Shown here: in pieces, positions 9,234 to 19,289 of the stretch
Numbering within the stretch: the stretch's first letter is position 1
Layout of the letters: each line of letters opens with the position of its first letter
From: an uncultured Clostridia bacterium
GTDB taxonomy: Bacteria; Bacillota; Clostridia; TANB77; CAG-508
Direction of reading: 5' to 3'
Assembly (NCBI GenBank): GCA_947625645.1
Contig: CANQPE010000001.1
Span: 74,978 to 138,977, forward strand
Length of the DNA stretch: 64,000 nt
The notes under the pieces: generated by a model
Database searches by the model: none
Seen by the model: only the letters and a program-made list of their open reading frames with translations
Told to the model about the DNA's origin: nothing
Program-made: the position numbers and the translations under genes

Positions 9234-10973
9234 ATGAATAATTACAGGACGCATACGTGTAATGAAATTCGCTTAGAAGATATTGGAAAGAAAGTAAAAA
9301 TTGCTGGTTGGGTACAAACCATTCGTGATTTGGGAGGGCTTGTCTTTTTAGATATTCGCGATATGTATGGGATTACACAAGTTGTTACTTCTGGAAAAGC
9401 AGAAGATGTTGATTTTGCTTCTCATATTCCCATTGAATCTACCGTTTGTGTGTATGGAAAAGTTAAAAAACGTGACGAAGAGACAATCAATCCCAAATTA
9501 GAAACGGGGTTGGTTGAAATTCGTATAGAAACAATTGAAATACTAGGAAAGCGAATAAAAAATTTACCTTTTGAAATCAACACCTCTCAAGAAATTCGCG
9601 AAGATTTGCGCCTACAATACCGTTACTTAGATTTAAGAAATGATCGATTAAAACAAAATCTATTGTTGCGTAGTCAAGTCATTCAATATTTGAGAGCACA
9701 AATGATAGAACAAGGCTTTTTAGAAGTGCAAACCCCTATCTTAACGAGTTCTTCTCCAGAAGGTGCCAGGGATTATCTTGTACCAAGTCGATTACATCCT
9801 GGTAAATTCTATGCTTTGCCACAAGCCCCACAACAATTCAAACAATTGTTGATGGTCTCTGGAATTGATAAATATTTCCAAATTGCGCCTTGCTTTCGTG
9901 ATGAAGATGCTAGAGCTGACCGAGCTCCTGGTGAATTTTACCAACTTGATATGGAAATGAGTTTTGCAACCCAAGAAGATGTTTTTCAAGCAATTGAACC
10001 TGTTATGTTTCATACTTTTCAAAAGTTTTCTGACAAAAAGATTGCTTCTTATCCATTTCCTCGCATTTCTTATCGAGAAGCAATGCTTGAATTTGGAACA
10101 GATAAACCAGATTTAAGAAATCCTTTACGTATTATTGATTTATCTGCATTTTTTGCAAAATGCACCTTTCAGCCTTTTATCAACAGAACCGTAAGAGCCA
10201 TTAAAGTAAATGGGCAATTTTCTAAAGGCTTTCATGAAAAAATGCTTGCGTTTGCTATGTCTATTGGAATGGGTGGACTTGGATATTTAGAAGTTCAAGA
10301 AGACTTAAGCTACAAAGGCCCTATTGATAAATTTATTCCTGGAGATTTGAAACAGGAATTGCTAACCTTAGCTAGCTTAGAAAAAGGCGATACCATTTTC
10401 TTTATTGCGGATACTGAAAAACGTGCCACAGAACTTGCTGGGCAAATCCGAACAGAACTTGGAAAGAGATTAGATTTAATAGATAATTCTGTATTTTCTT
10501 TTGCTTGGATTACAGATTTCCCAATGTTTGAAATGGATGAGCATAATCACTTAGGATTTAGTCATAATCCATTTTCTATGCCGCAAGGTGGTTTAAGCGC
10601 GTTGGAAACGCAAAATCCATTAGATATTTTGGCCTATCAATATGACCTTGTATGTAATGGCATTGAATTATCTTCCGGTGCTGTGCGTAACCACGATATT
10701 ACCATTATGTTAAAAGCATTTACCATGGCTGGTTATACAGAAGAAGAAGTAAAAACAAAATTTGGTGCCCTATATACAGCATTCCAATTCGGTGCTCCTC
10801 CCCATGCTGGTATTGCTCCGGGGATTGATAGAATGTTAATGTTGTTAACCAATTCTGACAGCATCCGTGAAGTAATTGCTTTTCCCCTTAACAGTAAAGC
10901 ACAAGATTTAATGATGGGTGCTCCTAGCACTGTAAGACGCGACCAATTGCGTGACGTACACATCCTCAGCTAG
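9234..10973 (+). CDS. aspS: aspartate--tRNA ligase; discriminating or non-discriminating status not determinable
   Basis: 579 aa from the ATG at 9234 (RBS AGGAAGGA). Class II motifs FRDEDARADRAPGEFYQLD and GAPPHAGIAPGIDR. The track ORF start at 9078 runs through the T-box leader and is rejected. Confidence 0.95.
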   Translation: MNNYRTHTCNEIRLEDIGKKVKIAGWVQTIRDLGGLVFLDIRDMYGITQVVTSGKAEDVDFASHIPIESTVCVYGKVKKRDEETINPKLETGLVEIRIETIEILGKRIKNLPFEINTSQEIREDLRLQYRYLDLRNDRLKQNLLLRSQVIQYLRAQMIEQGFLEVQTPILTSSSPEGARDYLVPSRLHPGKFYALPQAPQQFKQLLMVSGIDKYFQIAPCFRDEDARADRAPGEFYQLDMEMSFATQEDVFQAIEPVMFHTFQKFSDKKIASYPFPRISYREAMLEFGTDKPDLRNPLRIIDLSAFFAKCTFQPFINRTVRAIKVNGQFSKGFHEKMLAFAMSIGMGGLGYLEVQEDLSYKGPIDKFIPGDLKQELLTLASLEKGDTIFFIADTEKRATELAGQIRTELGKRLDLIDNSVFSFAWITDFPMFEMDEHNHLGFSHNPFSMPQGGLSALETQNPLDILAYQYDLVCNGIELSSGAVRNHDITIMLKAFTMAGYTEEEVKTKFGALYTAFQFGAPPHAGIAPGIDRMLMLLTNSDSIREVIAFPLNSKAQDLMMGAPSTVRRDQLRDVHILS

Positions 10974-10984
10974 TGGATAGGGAC

Positions 10985-11067
10985 AAGAGACAAGGGACAA
11001 ACAGGGACGGTTCTTTTTTGTCCAAAAAGGACAAAAAAGAACCGTCCCTGTTTGTCCCTTGTCTCTT
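10985..11067. repeat. perfect 39-bp inverted repeat (5-nt loop); a GGGACGGTTC-type repeat that likely acts as a bidirectional terminator
   Basis: Every base of 10985-11023 pairs with 11067-11029 (checked pair by pair). It lies between convergent aspS and hup. Confidence 0.85.
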
Positions 11068-11156
11068 TTTCCTTGTTCGCTATATGCAAAAAAAGAGAAT
11101 AGCACGTCGACGGCATATTCTCTCTTTTCCATATATTTATATGATTATTTACATTC

Positions 11157-11435
11157 TTATTTTTTGTTTACTAAATCTTTTAATGCTTTTCCAGCTTTGA
11201 ATACTGGAGCTTTTGATGCAGGTATTTTGATTTCTTCTTTCGTTTGTGGGTTTCTTCCTTTTCTAGCAGCTCTTTTTCTAACTTCGAAAGATCCAAATCC
11301 AACTAGTTGAACTTTATCTCCTTTTTTTAGTGCGTCTGTAATTACACTAACGAATGCGTTTACTGATGCTTCAGCTGCTTTTTTTGTGTCTCCTGTTTTT
11401 GCAGCCATTGCTGCGATTAATTCAGCTTTGTTCAT
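11157..11435 (-). CDS. hup: DNA-binding protein HU
   Basis: 92 aa, [11 protein letters not shown]...[20 protein letters not shown], classic HU/IHF family. Confidence 0.95.
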   Translation of the reverse strand: MNKAELIAAMAAKTGDTKKAAEASVNAFVSVITDALKKGDKVQLVGFGSFEVRKRAARKGRNPQTKEEIKIPASKAPVFKAGKALKDLVNKK

Positions 11436-11559
11436 TTAAATTACCTCCTATAAGATTTAATATTATGTACGCTTATCGCCTGAACTTAACGGTATTCGTA
11501 CTTCTATTTAAAATTATTCGCCAAAATTCCGTAAAATCCTTCTTTTTTTCTGAAAAACT

Positions 11560-13173
11560 TTAATAAATTTTGAATTTTTTCAATACTTGAAAGATTTTTT
11601 GCCCTCCTGGTATTTCTAAAATTTCTTCTTTGCTAAATATTTTTAAACAGATTAGTGCTAATCCATATATAATGATTGCACTTACAATAGCCATCATTGT
11701 TGCTAGTTTTTGTGCTATCATTCCACTTAAGACCATGTAAATAAAGTAGGAGCATATTCCCATGATAGTAACTGCAATAACAGGTTTTATAAAGATTTTT
11801 CGAAATGGCAAGTCTAATTTAATATTTTTTCTTAAGGCTGTACTAGCAATCGTAAAGGCAATGGCATGGCATGCTACAGAGGCCCATGCTGCTCCACTTG
11901 CCCCAAATGCTGGATTTGGAACTAAAATCAAGTTTAAAATGAGCTTTGCCAATACGCCACATCCCAGTGAAATGGCAGGAATCATTAATTTTCCATACCC
12001 TTGCAGTGCACCATTTATTGTTTGGTCTAATATGGTAAAGAAAATTGTCAAACTGCTAATTTGTAAAATAAGTTCTCCACTGCTTGCATTTGGAAATAGT
12101 AAATTTAGAATTGGTCCTGCAAATAAGCACATTCCTACAGTGCATGGTAAACCGATTAACATGGAAATTAATAATGAAAACGATGTTTTTTTGGTAATGG
12201 TATTCGTATCTCTCTTTGCTTTCGCGGCAGATATGGCTGGTACCAATGCGGTAGAAAATGCTACATTAATCGATAATGGTAAACTCGTTAACATGTCTAC
12301 TTTTCCACCTAGAATTCCATATTGTGCAAGTGCTTCACTTTCTGGCAAAAATTGTTTTAGACTTCTTACGACTGTAAATGAATCTATATTTTTGTTTAAT
12401 GATGACATAATGGCTGTTAGTGCAATGGGAGCTGATACCAATAATACTTTTTTGATAATGGTTTTTACTCTTTCATATTGATAATTCACTGTTGATTTGA
12501 TTTCTCTTGCAATTTCTTTTCGAATGGTTTGGTAATATAAATATAGATACCCAAACCCTGCAAATGTTGCTAATGTTGTGGCAAGCGTTGCGCCTGCTGC
12601 CATCCATTCTGTTGAAACATGTGATAAAATAGCAACGATTTCTACAATAATAATTGTAAGTAGTGTTTTAAAGACTTGTTCTAATGTCTGAGACCTAGCA
12701 GTTGCCTTAATATTTTGCCTTCCATTACAATACCCTCTCATAACAGAACTAATGGCTACAAAGAAAATTGCTGGAGACAAGGCAACAAGTGTCATTTCCG
12801 CTTCTGGGATTTGTAACCATTGACATGCTATGACATGTGCTCCACAAAATAATAGTAGACTGCCAATAAGTCCAATCATGGCAAATGTAGCAAATGCAAT
12901 TTTAAAAATACGATATGCCCCTTTATGGTCACCAATCGCCACCCTTTCTGAAACTAGTTTCGATATGGCATTGGGAACGCCAATAGAAGATATGGTAAGT
13001 AGCATTGCATAAATTTGATAACTACTTGCTACAATTCCGTTTCCCTCATCTCCAAACCCTTGTCTGTTTGTTAAATACAAAGTATATACCATTCCTAAGA
13101 GTTTAATGAGAACTTGTGAAAACATAAGTGTCACAACACCTTGTAAAAACCCTTGTTTATTCTTAGATGACAT
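11560..13173 (-). CDS. MOP-superfamily polysaccharide/lipid II flippase, SpoVB-like
   Basis: 537 aa polytopic membrane protein. The N-terminal pattern KQGFLQGVVTLMFSQVLIKLLGMVY...GVPNAISKLVSE resembles SpoVB/MurJ-type proteins. Confidence 0.65.
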   Translation of the reverse strand: MSSKNKQGFLQGVVTLMFSQVLIKLLGMVYTLYLTNRQGFGDEGNGIVASSYQIYAMLLTISSIGVPNAISKLVSERVAIGDHKGAYRIFKIAFATFAMIGLIGSLLLFCGAHVIACQWLQIPEAEMTLVALSPAIFFVAISSVMRGYCNGRQNIKATARSQTLEQVFKTLLTIIIVEIVAILSHVSTEWMAAGATLATTLATFAGFGYLYLYYQTIRKEIAREIKSTVNYQYERVKTIIKKVLLVSAPIALTAIMSSLNKNIDSFTVVRSLKQFLPESEALAQYGILGGKVDMLTSLPLSINVAFSTALVPAISAAKAKRDTNTITKKTSFSLLISMLIGLPCTVGMCLFAGPILNLLFPNASSGELILQISSLTIFFTILDQTINGALQGYGKLMIPAISLGCGVLAKLILNLILVPNPAFGASGAAWASVACHAIAFTIASTALRKNIKLDLPFRKIFIKPVIAVTIMGICSYFIYMVLSGMIAQKLATMMAIVSAIIIYGLALICLKIFSKEEILEIPGGQKIFQVLKKFKIY

Positions 13174-13257
13174 TTTTTCCTCCTCATTTTTCTTTTTTCT
13201 ATTACTTCATTTTATGCAATTTTTTATTGATTATCATTTTATTTTGAACATTTCTCT

Positions 13258-16200
13258 TTAAGAAGCTTCTTGTTTTAATTTCATAGAAAGTAGTTTTGAT
13301 ATTCCATTTTCTTCCATGGTCACGCCATAGACACTGTCTGCTACTTCCATGGTTCCTTTCCTATGCGTAATTACCAAAAACTGTGTATCTTTGGTAAATT
13401 TTTTCAAATAGTCTGCATAGCGATATACATTAACATCATCTAGTGCTGCTTCAATTTCATCTAAGACACAAAATGGTGCTGGACTCATTTTTAAAATGGC
13501 AAATAGTAATGCAATTGCTGTTAACGCTTTTTCTCCTCCTGATAAAAGCATCATGTTCTGCAATTTTTTTCCTGGTGGTTGTGCTGTAATTTCAATTCCA
13601 CATTCTAATATATTTTGCTCATCCTCTAATTTCACTTCTGCTTTTCCTCCTCCAAATAATTCTGCAAATACATCTCCAAAATTTCGATTAATTTCTCTGA
13701 ATTTTGTTTTAAATTGTTCCTTCATAATTTGTGTCATATCTGTTACAATTTTCCTTAATTTTGCCATTGTACTTTCTAAATCTAAGCGTTGTTCATTCAT
13801 AAAATCATATCGTTCTTTTAATGTTTTATATTCGGCAATGGAATCTAAATTAACACTTCCTATTTCTCTCATTTGTACGCGTAGTTCATTGACTTTTTTC
13901 TTTGTGGCCACTACATTGCTTGGTTTTTCATACGTTTCTACTCCATTTGGCGTCAATTCATATTCTTCCCACAATTGATTAATGATTTGTGTCATTTCTT
14001 CTTGTAATTTTGTCTTTTTCACTTCCAATTTAACCAATTGTGATTTCAAATCTTCTATCATATTAAATTTTTCCGCTATTCTTTCTTCTTGGCTTACCAG
14101 TTTTTCATTATTTTCTTTTCTTTCTTGCTTTAATTGTTCTATTTTTCCACTACTATTTTCTACTTCTTGCTGAATTGTCTCAATTTTTTGCCTAATTTCT
14201 TCAATTGCTTGCTTTAAATGATTATTTTCCTGTTTGCTTTCTTCAATTTGTTTCTTCTTATTTTGTATGGCATTTTGATTGGCTTGTTTTTCTTGACGAA
14301 TTCTTTCTTTTATTTCTTCAATAGAACTTTCACTCTCATTAAAAGAAGAGACAGATATTTTTAAGTTTGTGATATCAGCATTTAAATCATCAATATATTT
14401 TTGATCCTCTTTATTGAATTCTGCATATTCTGTTATCATTTGTGTTAATTTTTCTGTTTCTTGGTTTAGCACTTCTATTGCCTCTTGAATTTTCTCTTTT
14501 TCGCACTGTGCTTGCTGTTTATTTTCTTCTAAACGTTGTCTTTCACTTTTTAATTTTTGTAACGTGTTTTCTAATTTATGGATTGTTTCCTCAAATGACA
14601 ACATTTTTTGTTTCTGGGTTGCATACGTAATTTCATTTTCTTGTAATTGCTTCTCTAATGCTTCTACTTCTTTTAAAACTTCTTGCACTTTCTGCTTATC
14701 TTGTTCTCTTTTTTCTGCAATTGTTTGCATTTTTTCTTGTAAGTTTTGAATTTCTTTTCCTAATTTTTCAATTTCCTTATTTCTTCCTAAAATGTTAACT
14801 GTCTTTTTGGCTACTGCTCCTCCTGTAATTGCTCCTGATGCATTGATAACATCTCCTTGTGTCGTTACAATTCTAAATGTGTACCCATTTTGCTTTGCTA
14901 CCTTAATTGCTGTTTCCATATTGTCTACAATGACCGTTCGCCCTAACAAATTGAAAATAATTTGTTCATACTTCTTGTTATATTTTATTAAATCTGAAGC
15001 AATTCCAATGATTCCTTTTTCAGTTGCTTTGATTCTGTCAAGTTTTTTTCCTTTCACAGATGTAATTGGCAAAAAAGATGCTCTTCCAATGTTATTTTTA
15101 CGTAAATATTCTACTAACTTTTTCGCATCTGCTTCTGTCTCTGTTACAATATTTTGCAAGGCAATTCCCAAACACATTTCTATGGCCGTTTCTAATTCTT
15201 CTGGTACTTCTATTAAATTTGCTAATACGCCTTCCACACCTTTTTTTAGTTCTGCACTTGTCTCACAATCTTTTAATAGTGTTTTTACACTTTTTGTATA
15301 CCCCTCTTTTTCTTTTTCTGTTTCAATTAAAAAACGTCTTCTCGATTCTTTCATATGTAGTTCATTAGTTAAAATATTAATTTGACTTTCATATGCTTTC
15401 ATTGTTTGATTAGCTTCTTCTTTTTGTTTTGCTATTTTTTCCAATTCACTTTGTGTTTTATGTTTCTTTGTTTCTATTTCATAAAATTCTTTTGCCACTT
15501 CTTCTTTTTGCATGCGGGTACTGTCTAATTCTGAGATTGTGTTTTGTATTTCTTGTTTGATTTGTTTTTGCCTTTTTTCATCATTTTCATAATGAATCTC
15601 TTTTTCTTGCATTTGAGCTTGCATTTCATACTTTTGATCTGTATTTTGCTCCACTTTCTTTTTATAGCCTTCTATTTCTAATGCTTTTTCAGAAAGTTTT
15701 TCTGTTATTTTTTGTAGCTCCTGCTGTTTTTGCATTAATTCGTTTGCGAATTTTTCCTTATTTTGTCGTAAATTTTCACGTTTTTCTTCTTTTTGATTTT
15801 CTTCTTCTTCTAATTCTCTCAAGCGAACGCTTTTCTCTTCAATTTCTTGTAAAAATCGTTGTTGATTTTCTTGGTTATTGGTAATTCTAGCTTCCGATAC
15901 ACCAATTTCAGCATGCAACATCTCAATTTCTTTTTGACTTTCAAATCCAAGATTTGAGATAGATTCTATTTTATTTGTTATTTCATCAATCGTATTTTTT
16001 AATTCTTCTTTTGCTTGTTTACTTCTTTCAAGTTTGGTTTCTTCTTCATCACACTGCTGCTTTGTTATGGTTTCATCTTGCGTTACTTTTTCTAATTCCT
16101 GTTTATTTTGTTCTATGTTATGTAAAAATAGCCCTACTTCTATGGTCTTTAATTCTTCTCGTAAGTTTAAATATTTCTTTGCTTTCTCAGCTTGCATATG

Positions 16201-16815
16201 TAATGGTTCTAAATTTCCTTCTATTTCTGTCATAATATCATTGATTCTTAATAAGTTTAATTTCGTGTGCTCTAATTTTTTTTCTGATTCTTCTTTACGG
16301 ATTCTATATTTGACAATTCCTGCCGCTTCTTCAAATATGTGCCTTCTGTCTTCTGATTTGTTACTTAAAATTTCATCTATTTTTCCTTGTCCCACAATAG
16401 AGTAGCCATCTTTTCCGATTCCTGTATCCATAAATAACTCTAGGACATCTTTTAGCCTACATGGTACTTTATTAATAAAATAGCCGGTTTCTCCACTTCT
16501 ATATAGTTTTCTAGTAACGGTTACTTCTGTATATTCAATTGGTAAAGCGCCATCTGTGTTGTCAAACACAAGGGAACTCTCTGCAAACCCTAATGACTTT
16601 CTATTTTGCGTACCTGCAAAAATAATATCCAATGATTTAGAACCTCTTAGTGATTTTATGCTTTGCTCTCCTAACACCCATCTAATCGCATCTGATATAT
16701 TACTTTTTCCAGAACCGTTTGGTCCAATCACTGTTGTAATTCCTTCTTTTAATTCGATAACTGTTTTATCTGCAAAAGATTTGAATCCTTGCATTTCTAT
16801 TCTTTTTAAATACAT
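13258..16815 (-). CDS. smc: chromosome segregation protein SMC
   Basis: 1185 aa. Walker A GPNGSGKSN, long coiled coils, a hinge, and C-terminal LSGGEKALTAIALLFA...FCVLDEIEAALD. Confidence 0.95.
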   Translation of the reverse strand: MYLKRIEMQGFKSFADKTVIELKEGITTVIGPNGSGKSNISDAIRWVLGEQSIKSLRGSKSLDIIFAGTQNRKSLGFAESSLVFDNTDGALPIEYTEVTVTRKLYRSGETGYFINKVPCRLKDVLELFMDTGIGKDGYSIVGQGKIDEILSNKSEDRRHIFEEAAGIVKYRIRKEESEKKLEHTKLNLLRINDIMTEIEGNLEPLHMQAEKAKKYLNLREELKTIEVGLFLHNIEQNKQELEKVTQDETITKQQCDEEETKLERSKQAKEELKNTIDEITNKIESISNLGFESQKEIEMLHAEIGVSEARITNNQENQQRFLQEIEEKSVRLRELEEEENQKEEKRENLRQNKEKFANELMQKQQELQKITEKLSEKALEIEGYKKKVEQNTDQKYEMQAQMQEKEIHYENDEKRQKQIKQEIQNTISELDSTRMQKEEVAKEFYEIETKKHKTQSELEKIAKQKEEANQTMKAYESQINILTNELHMKESRRRFLIETEKEKEGYTKSVKTLLKDCETSAELKKGVEGVLANLIEVPEELETAIEMCLGIALQNIVTETEADAKKLVEYLRKNNIGRASFLPITSVKGKKLDRIKATEKGIIGIASDLIKYNKKYEQIIFNLLGRTVIVDNMETAIKVAKQNGYTFRIVTTQGDVINASGAITGGAVAKKTVNILGRNKEIEKLGKEIQNLQEKMQTIAEKREQDKQKVQEVLKEVEALEKQLQENEITYATQKQKMLSFEETIHKLENTLQKLKSERQRLEENKQQAQCEKEKIQEAIEVLNQETEKLTQMITEYAEFNKEDQKYIDDLNADITNLKISVSSFNESESSIEEIKERIRQEKQANQNAIQNKKKQIEESKQENNHLKQAIEEIRQKIETIQQEVENSSGKIEQLKQERKENNEKLVSQEERIAEKFNMIEDLKSQLVKLEVKKTKLQEEMTQIINQLWEEYELTPNGVETYEKPSNVVATKKKVNELRVQMREIGSVNLDSIAEYKTLKERYDFMNEQRLDLESTMAKLRKIVTDMTQIMKEQFKTKFREINRNFGDVFAELFGGGKAEVKLEDEQNILECGIEITAQPPGKKLQNMMLLSGGEKALTAIALLFAILKMSPAPFCVLDEIEAALDDVNVYRYADYLKKFTKDTQFLVITHRKGTMEVADSVYGVTMEENGISKLLSMKLKQEAS

Positions 16816-16905
16816 TTTTTACCACCGTATTTAGTTTATCGTATTTTTGTATTTTTGTAAAGAGAAATTTTATGTTAGAAGAACTTAGCAAGCAAAATGC
16901 ATTTC

Positions 16906-17232
16906 TTATAAATGATTTGCCACTAATTCTGCAATGAGATAAATAAACTTTTGTTTTTTTGGGGTACACCTTTCTAAAATTTCTTTAAAATCTTGGTTTA
17001 AGTATACTTGTGTATTTTCTGTAATTCCATTGATAAAATATCCTACTGGCTTGTCCAATATTTCTGCAATTTCAACAATCCTTTTTAAATTAATTGCTGT
17101 CCTTCCTGTTTCTATTCTACTGTAAAATGCAACTGATGTATCAATCATATCCGCTATGTCCTCTTGCGTAAAATGTTTTTTGATTCTCTCTTGCTTTATT
17201 CTTTTTCCTATCATTTCATAATCTAAGGCCAT
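16906..17232 (-). CDS. XRE-family helix-turn-helix transcriptional regulator
   Basis: 108 aa. HTH segment FTQEDIADMIDTSVAFYSRIETGR. Paralogue of 39861..40196. Confidence 0.8.
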   Translation of the reverse strand: MALDYEMIGKRIKQERIKKHFTQEDIADMIDTSVAFYSRIETGRTAINLKRIVEIAEILDKPVGYFINGITENTQVYLNQDFKEILERCTPKKQKFIYLIAELVANHL

Positions 17233-17347
17233 GCTTCTCCCTCCTATCTTTTTTGTAAATATATCACTATAAGTTGTACCTTGTCAATACTTTTTGTTGA
17301 TTTATTTGTAAATATTTATTTATTAACTCTATAACTTATACCATACC

Positions 17348-18091
17348 TCATTTGGTTACCAAATGCTGTTCAAGGTCTTTTATTTGTAGATATATATCAA
17401 TTTCTTCTGTTTCATTTTTTAATATGTGAAGGATTTGTTTTTTGATTGCCATATGCACTGGCATTTTTAGAACACTCACACTACTAATGAGAGATTTTTT
17501 TCTGATTAACTCAATTGGTTGGTATCTAAGTAAGTCTACAAAGTTGTATGATAGATTGATATAATGATCTTGGAAACTTGTGTATCTAATGTTTGTATTG
17601 GTTTTGTTGCTCCAATTTTTTCTGCCTATGTAAATAACAATCGGCACAATAATAGGAGCCTGCTTATGATATGAACCCTTTGCTTTCCAATTTTTGATAA
17701 AATTCGTACATTCTGTTAAAATATGATATGCTATATGATAATTAGGGGATTTTTGAAGTTTGATAAAAAAATATACTTCCTTTTCTTTTATTTTATATAC
17801 CATCATTTTTTCATGACTAGGATATTCGCATTTTTGTATGCTATCCTTTGTAATTTCCCATGCAGATGTTTTAAAAAAATCATTGATAAAAATTGCAATT
17901 TCCTCTTTTCTTTCAATCAGTTTTTCGATAATTCTGTCTATTTTATCATCTTGTTCATTTTGTTCTTTTTGCATTTGTTTATCTTTTAGTATTTGTATTG
18001 CTTTATTTCTTTTGTTTTCTATCTGTAATGCTCTTTGTATTTTTTGGTTTTCCATACAGTCTAAATAATCATTGTATGTGAATATTAACAA
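17348..18091 (-). CDS. hypothetical protein, possibly Rpn/YhgA-like PD-(D/E)XK family (tentative)
   Basis: 247 aa. The segments VYFFIKLQKSPNYHIAYHILTE and APIIVPIVIYIGRKNW resemble the Rpn-family core pattern (hlEfQs...; PvIPIVlYhG..W). Confidence 0.35.
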   Translation of the reverse strand: MLIFTYNDYLDCMENQKIQRALQIENKRNKAIQILKDKQMQKEQNEQDDKIDRIIEKLIERKEEIAIFINDFFKTSAWEITKDSIQKCEYPSHEKMMVYKIKEKEVYFFIKLQKSPNYHIAYHILTECTNFIKNWKAKGSYHKQAPIIVPIVIYIGRKNWSNKTNTNIRYTSFQDHYINLSYNFVDLLRYQPIELIRKKSLISSVSVLKMPVHMAIKKQILHILKNETEEIDIYLQIKDLEQHLVTK

Positions 18092-18148
18092 TTTTTTTCT
18101 CCTTTCCTCATAAATCTTCCAATTCCTAATTCTATATTAACATAAAAT

Positions 18149-18183
18149 TAGGAGGTTGACAACATATTCGACAAAACCTCCTA
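18149..18183 (-). terminator. hairpin terminator after the ABC transporter operon
   Basis: taggaggtt (18149-18157) pairs with aacctccta (18175-18183). T/A runs on both sides. Confidence 0.6.
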
Positions 18184-18203
18184 TTTTTTGACACACTTTT
18201 TTG

Positions 18204-19217
18204 CTATTTGATATTTTTACTATATTTGTTATTCACAATTTTATCATATGGTGCTTTTGTTTCTAATTCCCCTGCCATTGTCATCACTTCTTGTAATTTA
18301 TCAAAGCTTTGTTCTTTTAGCTCTGGTGTTTCATTCCATGCATCTATATCTTTGTAACTTTGTACTGCTGTTGCTATGAGTTCTTCATCTGTATCTGGAA
18401 AAAAGCTACTAATTGCTTGTGCAATTTCTTGCGCTGAATGTTCTTTTACCCACTGTTCTCCTTTATAGATAGCGTTAGTAAATTTTTGAATGATATCTTC
18501 ATTACCTTCAATGTAACTTTTCTTTGCAAAATATGCTGTATATGGAATTTCTCCTGCTTCTTTTCCCACAGATGCTACCACATATCCTTTCCCTTCTTTT
18601 TGGGTTAGGGATGCTGTTGGCTCAAATAGTGTCACATATTCTGCATCTCCACTTGTAAATGCACCTGCCATTAAATCAAATTTGATACTATCATCTAAGT
18701 TGACATCTGTTTGTGGATTGATTCCATTTTGCTTTAGCACATATTCTAGGGTCATATATGGTACGCCACCTTTTCTTCCAGGAATCACTGTCTTTCCCTT
18801 TAAGTCCTGCCAACTAAAATTGTCTGTATCTGTCTTTGCTACTAGAAATGAACCATCTTTTTTGGTCATTTGTGCAAAAACTTGTGTATAATCTTCTTTT
18901 CCTTCGTTATAGACATATATAGATGCTTCTGGGCCTGCAAACCCTATGTCACACTGGTTACTAAGTACAGCTGTCATAACCGTATCTGCCCCTCCTCCTG
19001 TTGTTAGGTCAATGTCTATTCCGTTTTCTTTAAAATAGCCATTGTTAATTGCCACATATTGTGGTGCATAAAATACAGAACGTGTCACCTCGTTGACAGA
19101 AATTTTCTTTTGTTCTACTGTGCTATTTGGCTCTTGTTTTTTTATGATACCGATCACAGTACCTACTAAAATTACCAAGATGACTATAATTGCCTCTACC
19201 ACCAATTTCTTTTTCAT
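18204..19217 (-). CDS. ABC transporter substrate-binding protein, NMT1/THI5-like (NitT/TauT family)
   Basis: 337 aa. N-terminal anchor or signal sequence. Operon with a matching permease and ATPase. Confidence 0.7.
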   Translation of the reverse strand: MKKKLVVEAIIVILVILVGTVIGIIKKQEPNSTVEQKKISVNEVTRSVFYAPQYVAINNGYFKENGIDIDLTTGGGADTVMTAVLSNQCDIGFAGPEASIYVYNEGKEDYTQVFAQMTKKDGSFLVAKTDTDNFSWQDLKGKTVIPGRKGGVPYMTLEYVLKQNGINPQTDVNLDDSIKFDLMAGAFTSGDAEYVTLFEPTASLTQKEGKGYVVASVGKEAGEIPYTAYFAKKSYIEGNEDIIQKFTNAIYKGEQWVKEHSAQEIAQAISSFFPDTDEELIATAVQSYKDIDAWNETPELKEQSFDKLQEVMTMAGELETKAPYDKIVNNKYSKNIK

Positions 19218-19289
19218 TTCACGCCTCCCCTATGTTTTATTTAATATATATTATGTTTCTTGGTGAAATGTGTGAATGACAATATTGTT

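Noticed and set aside
10908-11310. Small ORFs 10908..11132(-), 10973..11200(+) and 11059..11310(+) across the aspS/hup spacer (peptides such as ...GTVLFCP...)
   Set aside because: They are translations of the 39-bp palindrome/repeat element and of the antisense of hup. They have no RBS and mirror-image content on both strands.
1171-16405. Numerous antisense ORFs of 60-240 aa inside gatB, GH3, gatA, the HD gene, the spoVB-like gene and smc (for example 1603..2028, 11762..12481, 14792..15385)
   Set aside because: These are shadow ORFs typical of AT-rich coding regions. Their composition is low-complexity and Ser/Phe/Leu-rich, and each is fully nested in a well-supported gene on the other strand.
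16766-16969. 67-aa ORF between smc and the XRE gene
   Set aside because: It overlaps the smc start and the 3' end of the XRE gene and has no RBS. It is likely spurious.
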